Assembly (NCBI GenBank): GCA_910587955.1
Contig: CAJUNN010000005.1
Location: forward strand, 7,268 to 71,267
DNA from: an uncultured Lachnospiraceae bacterium
GTDB taxonomy: Bacteria; Bacillota; Clostridia; Lachnospirales; Lachnospiraceae
Length of the DNA: 64,000 nucleotides
Direction of reading: 5' to 3'
A program made the position numbers and the translations under genes. The notes under the pieces were generated by a model. That model did no database searches. It saw nothing but the letters and a program-made list of their open reading frames with translations, and had not been told where the DNA came from. Positions 1-9,693 of this stretch are shown here, in pieces; position 1 is the stretch's first letter; each line of letters opens with the position of its first letter.

Positions 1-199
1 GAATGGCAATCTCGCTGCCCCGGTTCAGAATATCAATCAAACGGCCGTAGAGAACGCCGTTGCGGACGGATATGGTAAAAAAGTTAAACGCAAAATTGCC
101 GGAAGCGGCATCGTACAGAATATTTACCGCCATCACCAGCACCATGCAGAATATGGGAAGAAACAAAGGCATCCCTGTAATCTTTTTCGCTTTATTCAT
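1..199 (-). CDS. Sugar ABC transporter permease, N-terminal fragment; the gene runs off the left edge
   Basis: A reverse-strand ATG at 197-199 reads MNKAKKITGMPLFLPIFCMVLVMAVNILYDAASGNF..., a hydrophobic TM-like start. It overlaps the stop of the upstream ATPase gene by 8 nt (ATGAATAA). It is missing from the ORF track because it is truncated. Confidence 0.5.
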   Translation of the reverse strand, partial: MNKAKKITGMPLFLPIFCMVLVMAVNILYDAASGNFAFNFFTISVRNGVLYGRLIDILNRGSEIAI

Positions 200-1712
200 T
201 CGCGCCACCTCCCGCGATTGCTTTCATCACGCTCTCCTGGGTCAAACTCTCGGTAATCTCTCCCACCTTTGCTCCGTCCCGGAGAACTGCCATCTTCGTA
301 CAGGTACGAAGCATTTCTTCTATCTCGGAAGAGATAAAGATAATTCCCTTTCCTTCCTTCGCCAGCTTCAGCACCAGCTTTTGAATCTCCGTCTTGGTAC
401 CGATGTCGATTCCTCGGGTAGGCTCATCCAGGATCAGGAAATCCGGATCCGTTGCCAGCCAGCGTCCCAGAATCACCTTCTGCTGGTTTCCGCCGGACAG
501 CTGCCGGATCAGGGTCTCCCGGCTGGCCGTCTTGATTTGAAGCATTTCTATGTATTTGTCCGCCAGTTCTATCTGTTCCTTCATGGACAGAAGCCGGAAC
601 ATTCCCCGCTTAGCCTGCAGGGCCAGGATAATATTCTCACGCACAGATAAATCGCCGATGATTCCCTCCGCTTTCCGGTCATCCGGCAGAAGGCCCATAC
701 CCAGATTCATGGCATCAATGGGCGCATGAATCTTCGCTTCTTTCCCGTCCACTTTCAAAGTTCCGGTCTGATTCTTATCTGCTCCGTAAATAACTCTTGC
801 CAGCTCGCTGCGCCCGGAACCAAGAAGTCCCGTCAGGCCCACCACCTCGCCTTTATGAACCTTCAGATCAAAGGGTTTGATGGTTCCCTTGTGACTCATG
901 CCTTGGGCGTCAATGAGAATATCCGCATCGCCAAATACCGGGGATTCTTCTGACTTGATGGACGCCAAATCATCAAAGTCTTTCCCCATCATGGCAGCTA
1001 CCAGCTTCACCCTGGGAAGCTCTGCGATCGGGTATTCTCCCACCAGCTGTCCGTTCCGCAGCACCGTAATGCGATCGCAGACCGCGTACACCTGCTCCAG
1101 GAAATGGGTGACAAAGACAATGCCCACGCCCTTTTCCCGCAGCTGCCGCATGAGACGGAACAGCTTCTCCACCTCGTTGTCGTCCAGGGACGAGGTAGGC
1201 TCATCCAGAATCAGCACCTTACAGTCCATATCCACCGCACGGGCAATGGCGATCATTTGCTGCAGGGCCAGGGAATACTCTTCCAGATTCCGGGTTACGT
1301 CAATCTTCATATCCAGGTCCGCCATGATAGCTTCCGATTTCTTCACCATAGTTTTCCAGTCAATGGTCCCAAGCCTTGTCTTCGGCTCCCTGCCAATAAA
1401 CAGATTCTCCGCCACACTTAAATTCGGGCAGAGGTTTACCTCCTGGTACACGGTGGAAATACCCTTCTTCTGGGCATCCAGCGTAGAATGATTTACCACA
1501 GGGCCTTCGATGCCCTCCACATGAATCTCACCGGCCTCAAATGCGTTGATACCGGTCAGACATTTAATAAGCGTTGATTTACCTGCGCCGTTCTCCCCCA
1601 TCAGCGCATGAATCTCACCTTTTCGCAAGGTAAAATCCACATTATCAAGAGCCTTCACTCCTGGGAAAGTCATGGATATGCCGCGCATGGTCAATACTAC
1701 ATGATTGTCCAT
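192..1712 (-). CDS. CUT2-family monosaccharide ABC transporter ATP-binding protein with two fused ABC domains
   Basis: 506 aa with Walker A GENGAGKST, signature LSGGNQQK and a second ABC half. The length and layout match MglA/RbsA/AraG/YtfR-type sugar importers. Confidence 0.9.
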   Translation of the reverse strand: MDNHVVLTMRGISMTFPGVKALDNVDFTLRKGEIHALMGENGAGKSTLIKCLTGINAFEAGEIHVEGIEGPVVNHSTLDAQKKGISTVYQEVNLCPNLSVAENLFIGREPKTRLGTIDWKTMVKKSEAIMADLDMKIDVTRNLEEYSLALQQMIAIARAVDMDCKVLILDEPTSSLDDNEVEKLFRLMRQLREKGVGIVFVTHFLEQVYAVCDRITVLRNGQLVGEYPIAELPRVKLVAAMMGKDFDDLASIKSEESPVFGDADILIDAQGMSHKGTIKPFDLKVHKGEVVGLTGLLGSGRSELARVIYGADKNQTGTLKVDGKEAKIHAPIDAMNLGMGLLPDDRKAEGIIGDLSVRENIILALQAKRGMFRLLSMKEQIELADKYIEMLQIKTASRETLIRQLSGGNQQKVILGRWLATDPDFLILDEPTRGIDIGTKTEIQKLVLKLAKEGKGIIFISSEIEEMLRTCTKMAVLRDGAKVGEITESLTQESVMKAIAGGGANE

Positions 1713-1738
1713 CCTATTACATCCTTTCCGTTGAGAAA

Positions 1739-1766
1739 GGGGAGGCCCGTTTTCACCAGCCTCCCC
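1739..1766 (-). terminator. Intercistronic GC-rich hairpin between the binding-protein and ATPase genes; partial terminator or mRNA stabiliser
   Basis: ggggaggc (1739-1746) pairs with gcctcccc (1759-1766). On the minus strand the stem is followed by TTTCTC. The position directly after the SBP gene is typical for SBP-enriching attenuation. Confidence 0.35.
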
Positions 1767-1822
1767 AGCTGCCAGCTGCTCCTTGTTTTCGCCCGGAATA
1801 CTTCCCGCCGGCGTGAAATCAA

Positions 1823-2923
1823 TTAGTACTGTGCCGCAATAATCTCATCTGTTACAACCGTCAAATTCTGGGTCTCACCGTTTACTTCGATACTGGAAAG
1901 AATATCCTCGTTTACAAACCAGTGCTCTTCCATGTAAACTTCCTTCTCCGGTGTTCCGCCGCTTGCCAGAGTCTTGATAACTTCCTCTACAAAAGGAGCT
2001 GCCAGCGGGTTGCACTCAAAGTCTGCGTTGATGTCGCCGGATTTTACAAACTCAAGACCGGCCGAGCAGGCGTCAAAGGAAATCAGAATCACATCGCCGT
2101 TTACGCCGTAGGAAACGCCGGCCTGCTTCATAGCATCCATAGCACCGAAAGCTTCGTTATCGTTCTGGCATACAACTACATTGAATTTTCCTTCATAGGA
2201 CTTGCAGTAGGACTCCATTACCTCTGCTCCGCCGTCCTGTGTGAAATCTCCGCTCTGAGAATCCAGGATGGTCCATCCTTCTCTGTCGGCAATCTCTTTG
2301 AAGCCTTCCGTACGTCCGATGGTTGCGGATGCGCCGGTGGAACCTTCGATTACAAGTGCGTTAATCTCCGTAATGCCCTTCTCTGCCGCATAAGCCTTCA
2401 GCCACTCGCCTGCCGCAAGACCCTCTGTCTTGAAGTTGGAGCCTACCCAGGATACATACTTGTCGGAATCATCAATGGTACGGTCGATTACAATAACCGG
2501 GATTCCGGCATCCTCGCACTCAGTCAGTACGGTGTCCCAACCGGTGGAAACAATGGGGTCGATGATGATGTAGTCTACATCCTGCTCAATAAATCCGCGG
2601 ACCGCCTCCAGCTGTACAGCGGAATCATTGTCACAGTCTACGAACTGAAGGTCGTAGCCGTTCTCTGCGGAAAAGACATCCTGGCAGGACTTGGTAGAAG
2701 CGGTACGCCAGTCGGATTCGTGTCCTACCTGTGCGAAACCAATGGTGATCACGTCGCCGGATGCTGCAGGCGCCTCCGTCTCCGGAGCCTCGGCGTCATT
2801 TCCTGCAGGCGCTTCCGTCTCGGCAGGTGCCTGAGCCGGCGCCTCTTCCTTGGAACCGCAGCCTGCCAGCATAGTGGCCGTCATAGCTGCGCACAGCAGT
2901 AAACCAATAAGTTTTCTTTTCAT
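1823..2923 (-). CDS. Sugar ABC transporter substrate-binding lipoprotein (PBP type I, YtfQ/RbsB-like)
   Basis: Signal peptide plus lipobox (LLCAAMTATMLAGCGS) and an Ala/Glu/Pro-rich linker, then a periplasmic-binding fold. It sits in an operon with the ABC ATPase and permease. Confidence 0.85.
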   Translation of the reverse strand: MKRKLIGLLLCAAMTATMLAGCGSKEEAPAQAPAETEAPAGNDAEAPETEAPAASGDVITIGFAQVGHESDWRTASTKSCQDVFSAENGYDLQFVDCDNDSAVQLEAVRGFIEQDVDYIIIDPIVSTGWDTVLTECEDAGIPVIVIDRTIDDSDKYVSWVGSNFKTEGLAAGEWLKAYAAEKGITEINALVIEGSTGASATIGRTEGFKEIADREGWTILDSQSGDFTQDGGAEVMESYCKSYEGKFNVVVCQNDNEAFGAMDAMKQAGVSYGVNGDVILISFDACSAGLEFVKSGDINADFECNPLAAPFVEEVIKTLASGGTPEKEVYMEEHWFVNEDILSSIEVNGETQNLTVVTDEIIAAQY

Positions 2924-3046
2924 GATGAAAAGCCTCCCTGTTCTTTTTTAGCCGGTCTTTTTTTGGCTATGCCATAATATTACAGGGATCCGGATTTTCA
3001 GGATACGGAGATCCTTCGGAATTAGGTTCAGTTTTTTACTAATTTT

Positions 3047-3092
3047 TGAACAAACCATGAACAAAGTTTGTTTTTTTACGGAAAAAGTTCAT
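3047..3092. promoter_or_regulatory. Direct repeat TGAACAAA x2 (11-bp phasing) plus an inverted GTTCA; candidate regulator-binding site upstream of the ABC operon
   Basis: tgaacaaa occurs at 3047-3054 and 3058-3065, with an inverted agttcat at 3086-3092. The sites lie in the 173-bp gap upstream of the SBP gene and next to the YesMN-type two-component genes. Confidence 0.3.
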
Positions 3093-3096
3093 AAAT

Positions 3097-4551
3097 TTAC
3101 GCCATATCCTCAATATCCTCTGCCGGAATCACCGCCTGCACTTCCGTCCACTCCCCATAGACACTGTCCAAAGCCAGGCCGTATTCCGGCCCATAGTTGA
3201 GCCGGAGCCTCTGCTGAATGTTAAAGAGGCCGAAGCCGGATGGGTCCTTGAGATCCAGCTCTCCGCTGACAATGCGCCGCACCCGGTTAAGTTTCTCCGG
3301 CTCCATGCCTTTTCCGTTGTCCCATACAGAAAAAACCAGTTTGCTTCCCTGCCGTTTCCCGGTCACCCGGATACGTCCCATGCCGCGCTTATTTTTAATA
3401 CCGTGGTACAGGGCATTTTCTACCATGGGCTGCAGGGTCAGCTTGAGAATCCGGTACTGGTACAGTTCTTCCGGAATGCAGATTTCATAATCCAGAATGT
3501 CCCGGTAACGGAATTTTTGAATCTGCAGATAGCTGCGGATATGGGCTTCCTCCTCCTGCACGGAAATATAGTCCCGTCCTTTGCTTAAGGTAGTGCGGAA
3601 AAAGTCCGAGAGGGCAGATACCATCATCACCACCTGTTCTTTCTCGCCTGCCTCTGCCAGCCAGATAATGGTGTCCAGGGTATTGTAGAGAAAATGGGGA
3701 TTGATCTGGGCCTGCAAAAGCTTTAATTCCGTGGCCCGCAGGTTCAGCTGCTCCACCCGGATATCCTCCACCAGATTGCCGATGCGCTCTACCATCTGGT
3801 TGAAGCTGGCGTTTAAAACAGCCAGTTCATCTCCGCTTCCTTCCCTGGCACGTACCGCAAAATCTCCGCTCCCGGCCAGGGCCGTCACTTCGCAGAGATT
3901 TCGTATGGGTTCCGTGATGCCTGTCATAATCCTGCGGCTGATAAACAAGGCGCCTGCCAGAATCACCGCAAAGATTCCGCCCCCCATCCACACAGCCTGA
4001 TCTACATCCGCCCGGATTCCCTCCCGCAGGGCCTCCAGGTTGGTCGTCTCATAGTAAATATATTTCTGTATCTGTTCCTGAATCAGCTCCGTAAGAATAC
4101 GGATATTCAGATCCAGGCGCCCCATATTGATGTCGTAGGAGCCGCCGGCCAGAGCATCCGCTTCAATCTCTTCCACCCGGTCTTCCAGGGTATTCAGGCT
4201 TTTCAAAATCCCTTTCAGCCGGTTTCTGGCGTAATCGGCATCCGCTGTCTCGTAAAGTCCCTGGAAAACCTCTCTGGCTTCCTCAATCATCAGATGGGGC
4301 TGCTCCGTATCCACCAGCTCTTCCGCCCGTTCTGCGTTAGCCACAATGATATACATGATGTAATCAATGTCTTTTTTGAAATCAATGTTGTAGGCATTTG
4401 CCTTGGAAATATTTTCCACAACCGCATCGTACCGCAGCGAAAACTGCCGGACCAGAGACAACAGATAGACAATCATCACAGTCAGCGGTATCAGGCAGAC
4501 CAGAAGGAGCATATTCAAGCGCTTTTTGATTGAAGAATCCTTTTTCCACAT
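3097..4551 (-). CDS. Sensor histidine kinase, YesM/LytS-type (TM, HAMP, His_kinase, HATPase_c)
   Basis: N-terminal TM segment, a second TM followed by a HAMP-like region, H-box INPHFLYNTLDTI, and ATPase motifs NALYHG and WDNGKGM. Confidence 0.85.
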   Translation of the reverse strand: MWKKDSSIKKRLNMLLLVCLIPLTVMIVYLLSLVRQFSLRYDAVVENISKANAYNIDFKKDIDYIMYIIVANAERAEELVDTEQPHLMIEEAREVFQGLYETADADYARNRLKGILKSLNTLEDRVEEIEADALAGGSYDINMGRLDLNIRILTELIQEQIQKYIYYETTNLEALREGIRADVDQAVWMGGGIFAVILAGALFISRRIMTGITEPIRNLCEVTALAGSGDFAVRAREGSGDELAVLNASFNQMVERIGNLVEDIRVEQLNLRATELKLLQAQINPHFLYNTLDTIIWLAEAGEKEQVVMMVSALSDFFRTTLSKGRDYISVQEEEAHIRSYLQIQKFRYRDILDYEICIPEELYQYRILKLTLQPMVENALYHGIKNKRGMGRIRVTGKRQGSKLVFSVWDNGKGMEPEKLNRVRRIVSGELDLKDPSGFGLFNIQQRLRLNYGPEYGLALDSVYGEWTEVQAVIPAEDIEDMA

Positions 4552-4585
4552 AATTTTTCCTCCGGCCGCAGCTTGCTAAATACTG

Positions 4586-6199
4586 CTAGGCCTTCGCCCG
4601 GAATTCTCTGGGCGTACATTCCTGGGTCTTCTTGAAAAGATAACTGAAATAATGAGGGTCCCGGTAACCTACCGCAAAGGCGATCTCCGCCGTCTTCATA
4701 GAAGTGCTGCGCAAAAGCTCTCTGGCCTTTTCCATCCGAACAGAAGTAAGAAACTCAATAAAGGTCTGTCCTGTCTCCTGGCTGAAAATGGTGCTGAAAT
4801 GGTTGGGACTTAGATTCACGCTGGCAGCCGTCATATTCAGGGAGATCTCCTCATTGTCAAAATTCTGCTCGATAAAGCTCTTGGCATCCTTTAAAAGAGA
4901 ACTGTATTTCTTCTGAGACACCGTCTCCCGTATTTCCAGGACTGCCTCCAGCACCCGGTTTAAATATTCCTTGGTCTGTTCTGCCGTGGCAAACACGGCT
5001 GTCATGTTCTGAAAATCCCCGCAGCGCTCGATCAGCTCTCCGGCCGGAAACCCCAGCTGCTGTACCTGGGCGGCGGCCGTAAAATAAAAATCCATCGTCA
5101 CATACTGCCGGAACAAGAGGGACTGAACATTCTTCTCCCCCAGGCTGTTGAAATATTCGTCCAGGAAATGGCGGGACTGGCTTTTTAATCCTGTCTTTAG
5201 AAAATTTTCCAGGACCTTCCGGTCCATCCGGTCTGCGTTGAGTGCCGCCAGACGAAACTCCTCCGCATCCGGAATTTGCGCCTCTTCCCGGCCGCTCTCA
5301 ATAATCTGGTTCCGTTCCTTAAGATAGCGGTAGGCAAAGGCCCGGTTTGCCTCCTCAAAACAGCGGTTCAGTTCGCTTAAACGTCCCACAGGCACGCCGA
5401 GGCCTCCGAAGTACTCTACCTTTCCATAGGAGCGGATGGTGCTCTGCAGCTGATTAAGAAATTCCTGCTGCTGCTCTTCCAATCCCCTGTTCTCTGTCTC
5501 TTTCAGGACAAAAGCCCATCCCTCCAGGCCCAGCTCCACCATCAAAGCCCCGGGAATCTTCTCCGTCATCTCCTCGATCGCCCTTGTAACCGTATTCTGC
5601 TCCTCAGAGTAAGCCTCCATCTCCCCGCCGGAGAAAATCTGAAACAAAAGAATATTGTAGCGGTTGGCAGCCAGCTCCAAGCCGATCTCCCGCCCCTCTT
5701 TGAGAAGGGCCGACACCGATTTATTCCCCGACACCAGGCTCCGGAAAAATTTCTGTCTGGCAAGCTGGGTATTCTCCAGGCGTTCCCGCTCAAACGTCTT
5801 TAAAAACTGCCGCTGTTCCTGCTCTTCCTCCACCAGCTTTCCCACCTTTTTCACTGCTTCCAGAAGCTGCGCCCCGGATACAGGCTTAACCAGATAATCC
5901 GTAATGCCGATGCTGATTCCCTCCTTGGCATATTCGAACTCGTCGTAACCGCTTAAGACAATGATTTTCATATCCGGCATTTCCTGCTTTACCAGACGGC
6001 TCAATTCCAGCCCGTCCATAAAAGGCATCCGTATATCCGTGATCAGAATATCCGGCCGTGTCTTCTGAATGAGGGGATAGGCCATCTCTCCGTCGCTGGC
6101 TTCCCCGGCAAAAGAAAAACCCTCCTGCTCCCAGGGAATGTTGTTCTTGATGCCCTCCCGCATTACCACTTCATCTTCTACCAGAAATACTTTCAGCAT
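4586..6199 (-). CDS. Response regulator with a C-terminal AraC-type HTH (YesN-like)
   Basis: Receiver domain (MLKVFLVEDE ... DILITDIRMPFMDG) and a C-terminal AraC/XylS HTH (GYRDPHYFSYLFKK). Confidence 0.85.
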   Translation of the reverse strand: MLKVFLVEDEVVMREGIKNNIPWEQEGFSFAGEASDGEMAYPLIQKTRPDILITDIRMPFMDGLELSRLVKQEMPDMKIIVLSGYDEFEYAKEGISIGITDYLVKPVSGAQLLEAVKKVGKLVEEEQEQRQFLKTFERERLENTQLARQKFFRSLVSGNKSVSALLKEGREIGLELAANRYNILLFQIFSGGEMEAYSEEQNTVTRAIEEMTEKIPGALMVELGLEGWAFVLKETENRGLEEQQQEFLNQLQSTIRSYGKVEYFGGLGVPVGRLSELNRCFEEANRAFAYRYLKERNQIIESGREEAQIPDAEEFRLAALNADRMDRKVLENFLKTGLKSQSRHFLDEYFNSLGEKNVQSLLFRQYVTMDFYFTAAAQVQQLGFPAGELIERCGDFQNMTAVFATAEQTKEYLNRVLEAVLEIRETVSQKKYSSLLKDAKSFIEQNFDNEEISLNMTAASVNLSPNHFSTIFSQETGQTFIEFLTSVRMEKARELLRSTSMKTAEIAFAVGYRDPHYFSYLFKKTQECTPREFRAKA

Positions 6200-6265
6200 G
6201 TTCTCTCTCCATCCGCAGCCAAAAAGAGAGGACGCGCATGGTGACTCTTCACAATATGCACATCC

Positions 6266-6335
6266 TCTATTTTCAGTTCTCCATACGCCCTCTCTGCATT
6301 CTGCACCGGGCTTTTGCTGTTTTTAGTTCCGCAGG
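6266..6335 (-). repeat. Degenerate single copy of the dispersed leader repeat family
   Basis: cagttctccatacgccctc ... ctgtttttagttccgcag resembles the units at 14442-14660. Its distal end overlaps the last codons of the kinase gene (…CTGCGGAACTAA). Confidence 0.4.
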
Positions 6336-7921
6336 CTCTCCACCGCCGCCCGCTCAATGGCAAGTCCTGCCGTGTAGCGCTCAATAAAGGCATCGAAGCC
6401 TTCCACATCCGCCGCATCCGGCTCTGCCTTCACGCCTGTCTCTCCTGCAAATACTTTCTCCCGGAGATAAGCACCCAGGCTTTCCCCTTCCTCCCGGTGC
6501 TTCCTATAAGCTGCCAGCAGGGCAATGCCCCAGGCTCCGCCTTCCCCGGCTGTCTCCATGACTACTACCGGAACGTTCATGGCCGCAGCCACGATTTTCT
6601 GTCCCACGCCCTTGGTTTTGAATAACCCGCCATGGCCCAGAACCTCATCCGCCTGCACACCTTCTTCCTTGAACAGGATATCCAGTCCTGTCTTCAAAGC
6701 GCCCAGGGCTGTGAAAAGATGAACCCTCATAAAGTTGGCAAGAGTAAAGCGGCTCTCCGGCCTGCGCACAAAGAGCGGACGTCCCTCCTCAAAGCCCGTA
6801 AGATGCTCGCCGGAAAAGTAATTGTAGGCCAGAAGGCCGCCACAGTCCGGATCTCCGTCCAAAGCCTTGTTATAGAGGGTTCCAAAGAGCTTATTCATAT
6901 CCACTTCCACGCCGAAGCTCTCTGCAAACTCCTTAAAGAGGCCCACCCAGGCATTCAAATCCGAGGTGCAGTTGTTGCAGTGGACCATACCCACCAGGCT
7001 GCCGTCCGGCGTGGTCACCATGTCAATCTCCGGGTGTACCTTTTTCAGCTCATGCTCCAGGACAATCATGGCAAAGACGGAGGTGCCCGCAGAAATATTT
7101 CCCGTGCGCTGCTTCACGCTGTTGGTGGCTGCCATACCCGTGCCGGCGTCTCCTTCCGGCGGACAGCAGGGAATCCCTGCCTGAAGCTCGCCCGATACAT
7201 CCAGAAGCTTTGCACCCTCCTCCGTCAGTGCCCCGGCATCTTCGCCGGCACAGAGAACCTCCGGAAGAATCCGGGAAAGCTTCCAGGGATATTCTTTATC
7301 TGCAATCAGAGTGTCAAACTGATCTATCATACGACCGTAGAATTTCTTCGTCCCGGTATCGATGGGAAACATGCCGGAGGCTTCCCCTATGCCCATCACT
7401 CTTTTCCCTGTAAGTTTCCAGTGAATATAACCGGAAAGGGTAGTCATATAGTCAATCCGGGGCAGATGCTCCTCCCCGTTCAATACCGCCTGATACAGAT
7501 GTGCAATGCTCCACCGCTGAGGAATCTGATAATTGAAAAGCTTTGTCAATTCCTCAGATGCCTGTCCGGTAATGGTATTTCTCCAGGTACGGAAAGGAAC
7601 CAGCTGGTTTCCCTCCTTGTCAAACACCAGATACCCGTGCATCATGGCACTGATTCCCAAGGCTCCCACTGTAGTAAGCTTTACGCCGTACCGCTCCTGC
7701 ACATCCGCTTTCAGGGCCTGATAGCTTCCCCGAAGGCCTTTCCAGACTTCCTCCAGAGCATAGGTCCAGATGCCGTTCTCAAGCTGGTTCTCCCAGTCGT
7801 AGCTTCCGCTGGCAATGGGCTTGTGGGCCTCGTCAATCAGCACCGCCTTGATCCGGGTGGAGCCCAGCTCAATGCCAAGGGCTGTCTTTCCCTCTAAAAT
7901 TGCCTGCTTTAAATCACTCAT
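6323..7921 (-). CDS. FGGY-family carbohydrate kinase, probable ribulokinase of the clostridial (AraK-like) type
   Basis: 532 aa with the FGGY N-terminal motif [14 protein letters not shown]. It lies immediately downstream of araA in the same orientation. Confidence 0.75.
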   Translation of the reverse strand: MSDLKQAILEGKTALGIELGSTRIKAVLIDEAHKPIASGSYDWENQLENGIWTYALEEVWKGLRGSYQALKADVQERYGVKLTTVGALGISAMMHGYLVFDKEGNQLVPFRTWRNTITGQASEELTKLFNYQIPQRWSIAHLYQAVLNGEEHLPRIDYMTTLSGYIHWKLTGKRVMGIGEASGMFPIDTGTKKFYGRMIDQFDTLIADKEYPWKLSRILPEVLCAGEDAGALTEEGAKLLDVSGELQAGIPCCPPEGDAGTGMAATNSVKQRTGNISAGTSVFAMIVLEHELKKVHPEIDMVTTPDGSLVGMVHCNNCTSDLNAWVGLFKEFAESFGVEVDMNKLFGTLYNKALDGDPDCGGLLAYNYFSGEHLTGFEEGRPLFVRRPESRFTLANFMRVHLFTALGALKTGLDILFKEEGVQADEVLGHGGLFKTKGVGQKIVAAAMNVPVVVMETAGEGGAWGIALLAAYRKHREEGESLGAYLREKVFAGETGVKAEPDAADVEGFDAFIERYTAGLAIERAAVESLRN

Positions 7922-8152
7922 AGCGACCTCCTATTCCAGTTCCGCATCGCCCTCTCAAAGCCCCTTTTCTGGCAGCATTTCCGGCCGCACTGCGTCCGGA
8001 AACCCTGCCGGGCTTTGTTCGGGAACTTGCTGATTCCAGTTCCGCTCCATCCCTGCTGCGCCTTCTTACCGGCAGAGACTCCAGCCGCATTCTGCTTCCG
8101 GAATCTCTGCCGGGCGCTTCCGGGATTTCGCTGTTTTGATTCCAGTTCTCGT
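7922..8152 (-). repeat. Two tandem units of the dispersed structured repeat, filling the whole araA-kinase gap
   Basis: Each unit starts attccagttccgc on the plus strand. Unit 2 contains the perfect 10-bp arms ccggcagaga (8069-8078) and tctctgccgg (8104-8113). The minus-strand end reads GCGGAACTGGAATAGGAGGTCGCTATG. Confidence 0.8.
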
Positions 8153-9640
8153 TTATCGGAAGGCAACGGAGTTCCAGAGCAGTTCGTTCTTCAGGCTGCG
8201 GATGGTGGTGTCCTTGTCTATGTATACGGTCTCGATTCCCATGGCTGCCGCCCAGTCACCCAGCTGCTCTGCCGTCAGGTCGTAGGTAAAGGCCGTATGG
8301 TGGGCACCCCCTGCCAGAATCCAGCTCTCCGCTCCTGTAGCCAGGCTGGGCTGGGGTGTCCAGAATGCGGTGGCTACGGGAAGCTTTGGCATGGGCTTCT
8401 CCACCTTCTTGCAGTCTACCGTATTGATAATCAGGCGGAAACGGTTCCCCAGATCGATGAGAGATGCCGCAATGCCCGTGCCCGCCTTGGAAGTAAATAC
8501 CAGACGTGCCGGATCCTCCCGGTCTCCCATGGTAAGGGGATTTACCTTGATGCCGATGGGGCCTTCCGCAATGCTGGGGCAGACCTCCAGCATATGTGCC
8601 TGGAGGATTCCCTCCTTGCCCGGCACCAGATTGTAGGTATAATCTTCCATAAAAGAGGTTCCCTTGGCGTCTTTCATGCCTTCTGTCATAATTTTCATCA
8701 GGCGCACCATGGCCGCAGTCTTCCAGTCACCCTCTCCACCGAAGCCGTATCCTTTTTCCATCAGGCGCTGGATCGCCAGGCCCGGAAGCTGCTTTAAAGC
8801 CCCCAGATCACCGAAATGGGTCACGATGGCCTGATAGTTTTTCTCCTTCAGGAAGCGCTCAAAGCCAAGCTCAATCTGAGCCTGCACCGCCACGTGTTTC
8901 TTAAATTCCTCCGGATCCCTGCCTTCCAACAAGATCTCATATTTATCATAATATTCTTCTACCAAAGTGTCAACGTCGCCTTTTGCCGTCTCCTGGACAT
9001 ATTCTGCAATTTCATTGACCGGATAAGCATCGATTTCCCAGCCGAACTTGATCTGGGCCTCCACTTTATCACCCTCGGTAACGGCTACGTTCCGCATATT
9101 GTCTGCCACACGCACTACACGGATATGACTGCTTTCCATGATTCCTACCGCAGTCCGCATCCAGGAGGCAATTCTTCCGATGACCCCTTTGTCCGCCCAA
9201 TGACCCACAATCACCTTGCGCTCAATTCCCATACGGCTGACAATATGTCCGTACTCCCGGTCTCCGTGGGCTGACTGGTTCTCGTTCATAAAATCCATAT
9301 CAATGGTATCATAGGGAATTTCTTCATTAAACTGCGTATGCAGATGCAGCAGAGGCTTGCGGTACTCCTGCAGGCCCAGAATCCAGGATTTGGCCGGAGA
9401 AAACGTGTGCATCCAGGTAATCACGCCTGCACATTCCTCATCTCCATTGGCTTCGTTGAAGGTTCTGCGGATCAGCTCGTTGGTAATCAAGGTGGGCTTC
9501 CACACAATCTCATAGGGCAAAAGCCCGGACTCGTTCAGATGCTCCACGATTTTTTTTGAGTGCTCCGCCACATGGGCCAGGCATTCATCCCCGTATAAAT
9601 CCTGGGACCCGGTTGCAAACCAAAACTTGTAGTTTTTCAT
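8153..9640 (-). CDS. araA: L-arabinose isomerase
   Basis: 495 aa. MKNYKFWFATGSQDLYG... and ITWMHTFSPAK are characteristic of AraA, and the length matches. Confidence 0.95.
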   Translation of the reverse strand: MKNYKFWFATGSQDLYGDECLAHVAEHSKKIVEHLNESGLLPYEIVWKPTLITNELIRRTFNEANGDEECAGVITWMHTFSPAKSWILGLQEYRKPLLHLHTQFNEEIPYDTIDMDFMNENQSAHGDREYGHIVSRMGIERKVIVGHWADKGVIGRIASWMRTAVGIMESSHIRVVRVADNMRNVAVTEGDKVEAQIKFGWEIDAYPVNEIAEYVQETAKGDVDTLVEEYYDKYEILLEGRDPEEFKKHVAVQAQIELGFERFLKEKNYQAIVTHFGDLGALKQLPGLAIQRLMEKGYGFGGEGDWKTAAMVRLMKIMTEGMKDAKGTSFMEDYTYNLVPGKEGILQAHMLEVCPSIAEGPIGIKVNPLTMGDREDPARLVFTSKAGTGIAASLIDLGNRFRLIINTVDCKKVEKPMPKLPVATAFWTPQPSLATGAESWILAGGAHHTAFTYDLTAEQLGDWAAAMGIETVYIDKDTTIRSLKNELLWNSVAFR

Positions 9641-9693
9641 CTCTTTGACCTCCTATTCCGGTTCCGTAATTCTCCTACCAGAGAATTACTGTT
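9641..9693 (-). repeat. Short remnant of the leader repeat (hairpin plus shared SD tail) upstream of araA
   Basis: The minus strand reads GTAATTCTCtggtagGAGAATTAC GGAACCGGAATAGGAGGTCAAAGAGATG. The tail is the same as at the full-length repeat loci. Confidence 0.5.

Noticed and set aside
6632-7897. 421-aa plus-strand ORF
   Set aside because: It is entirely antisense to the FGGY kinase gene. It is Arg/Pro/His-rich, has no motifs and no SD, and is a typical shadow ORF of a GC-rich gene.
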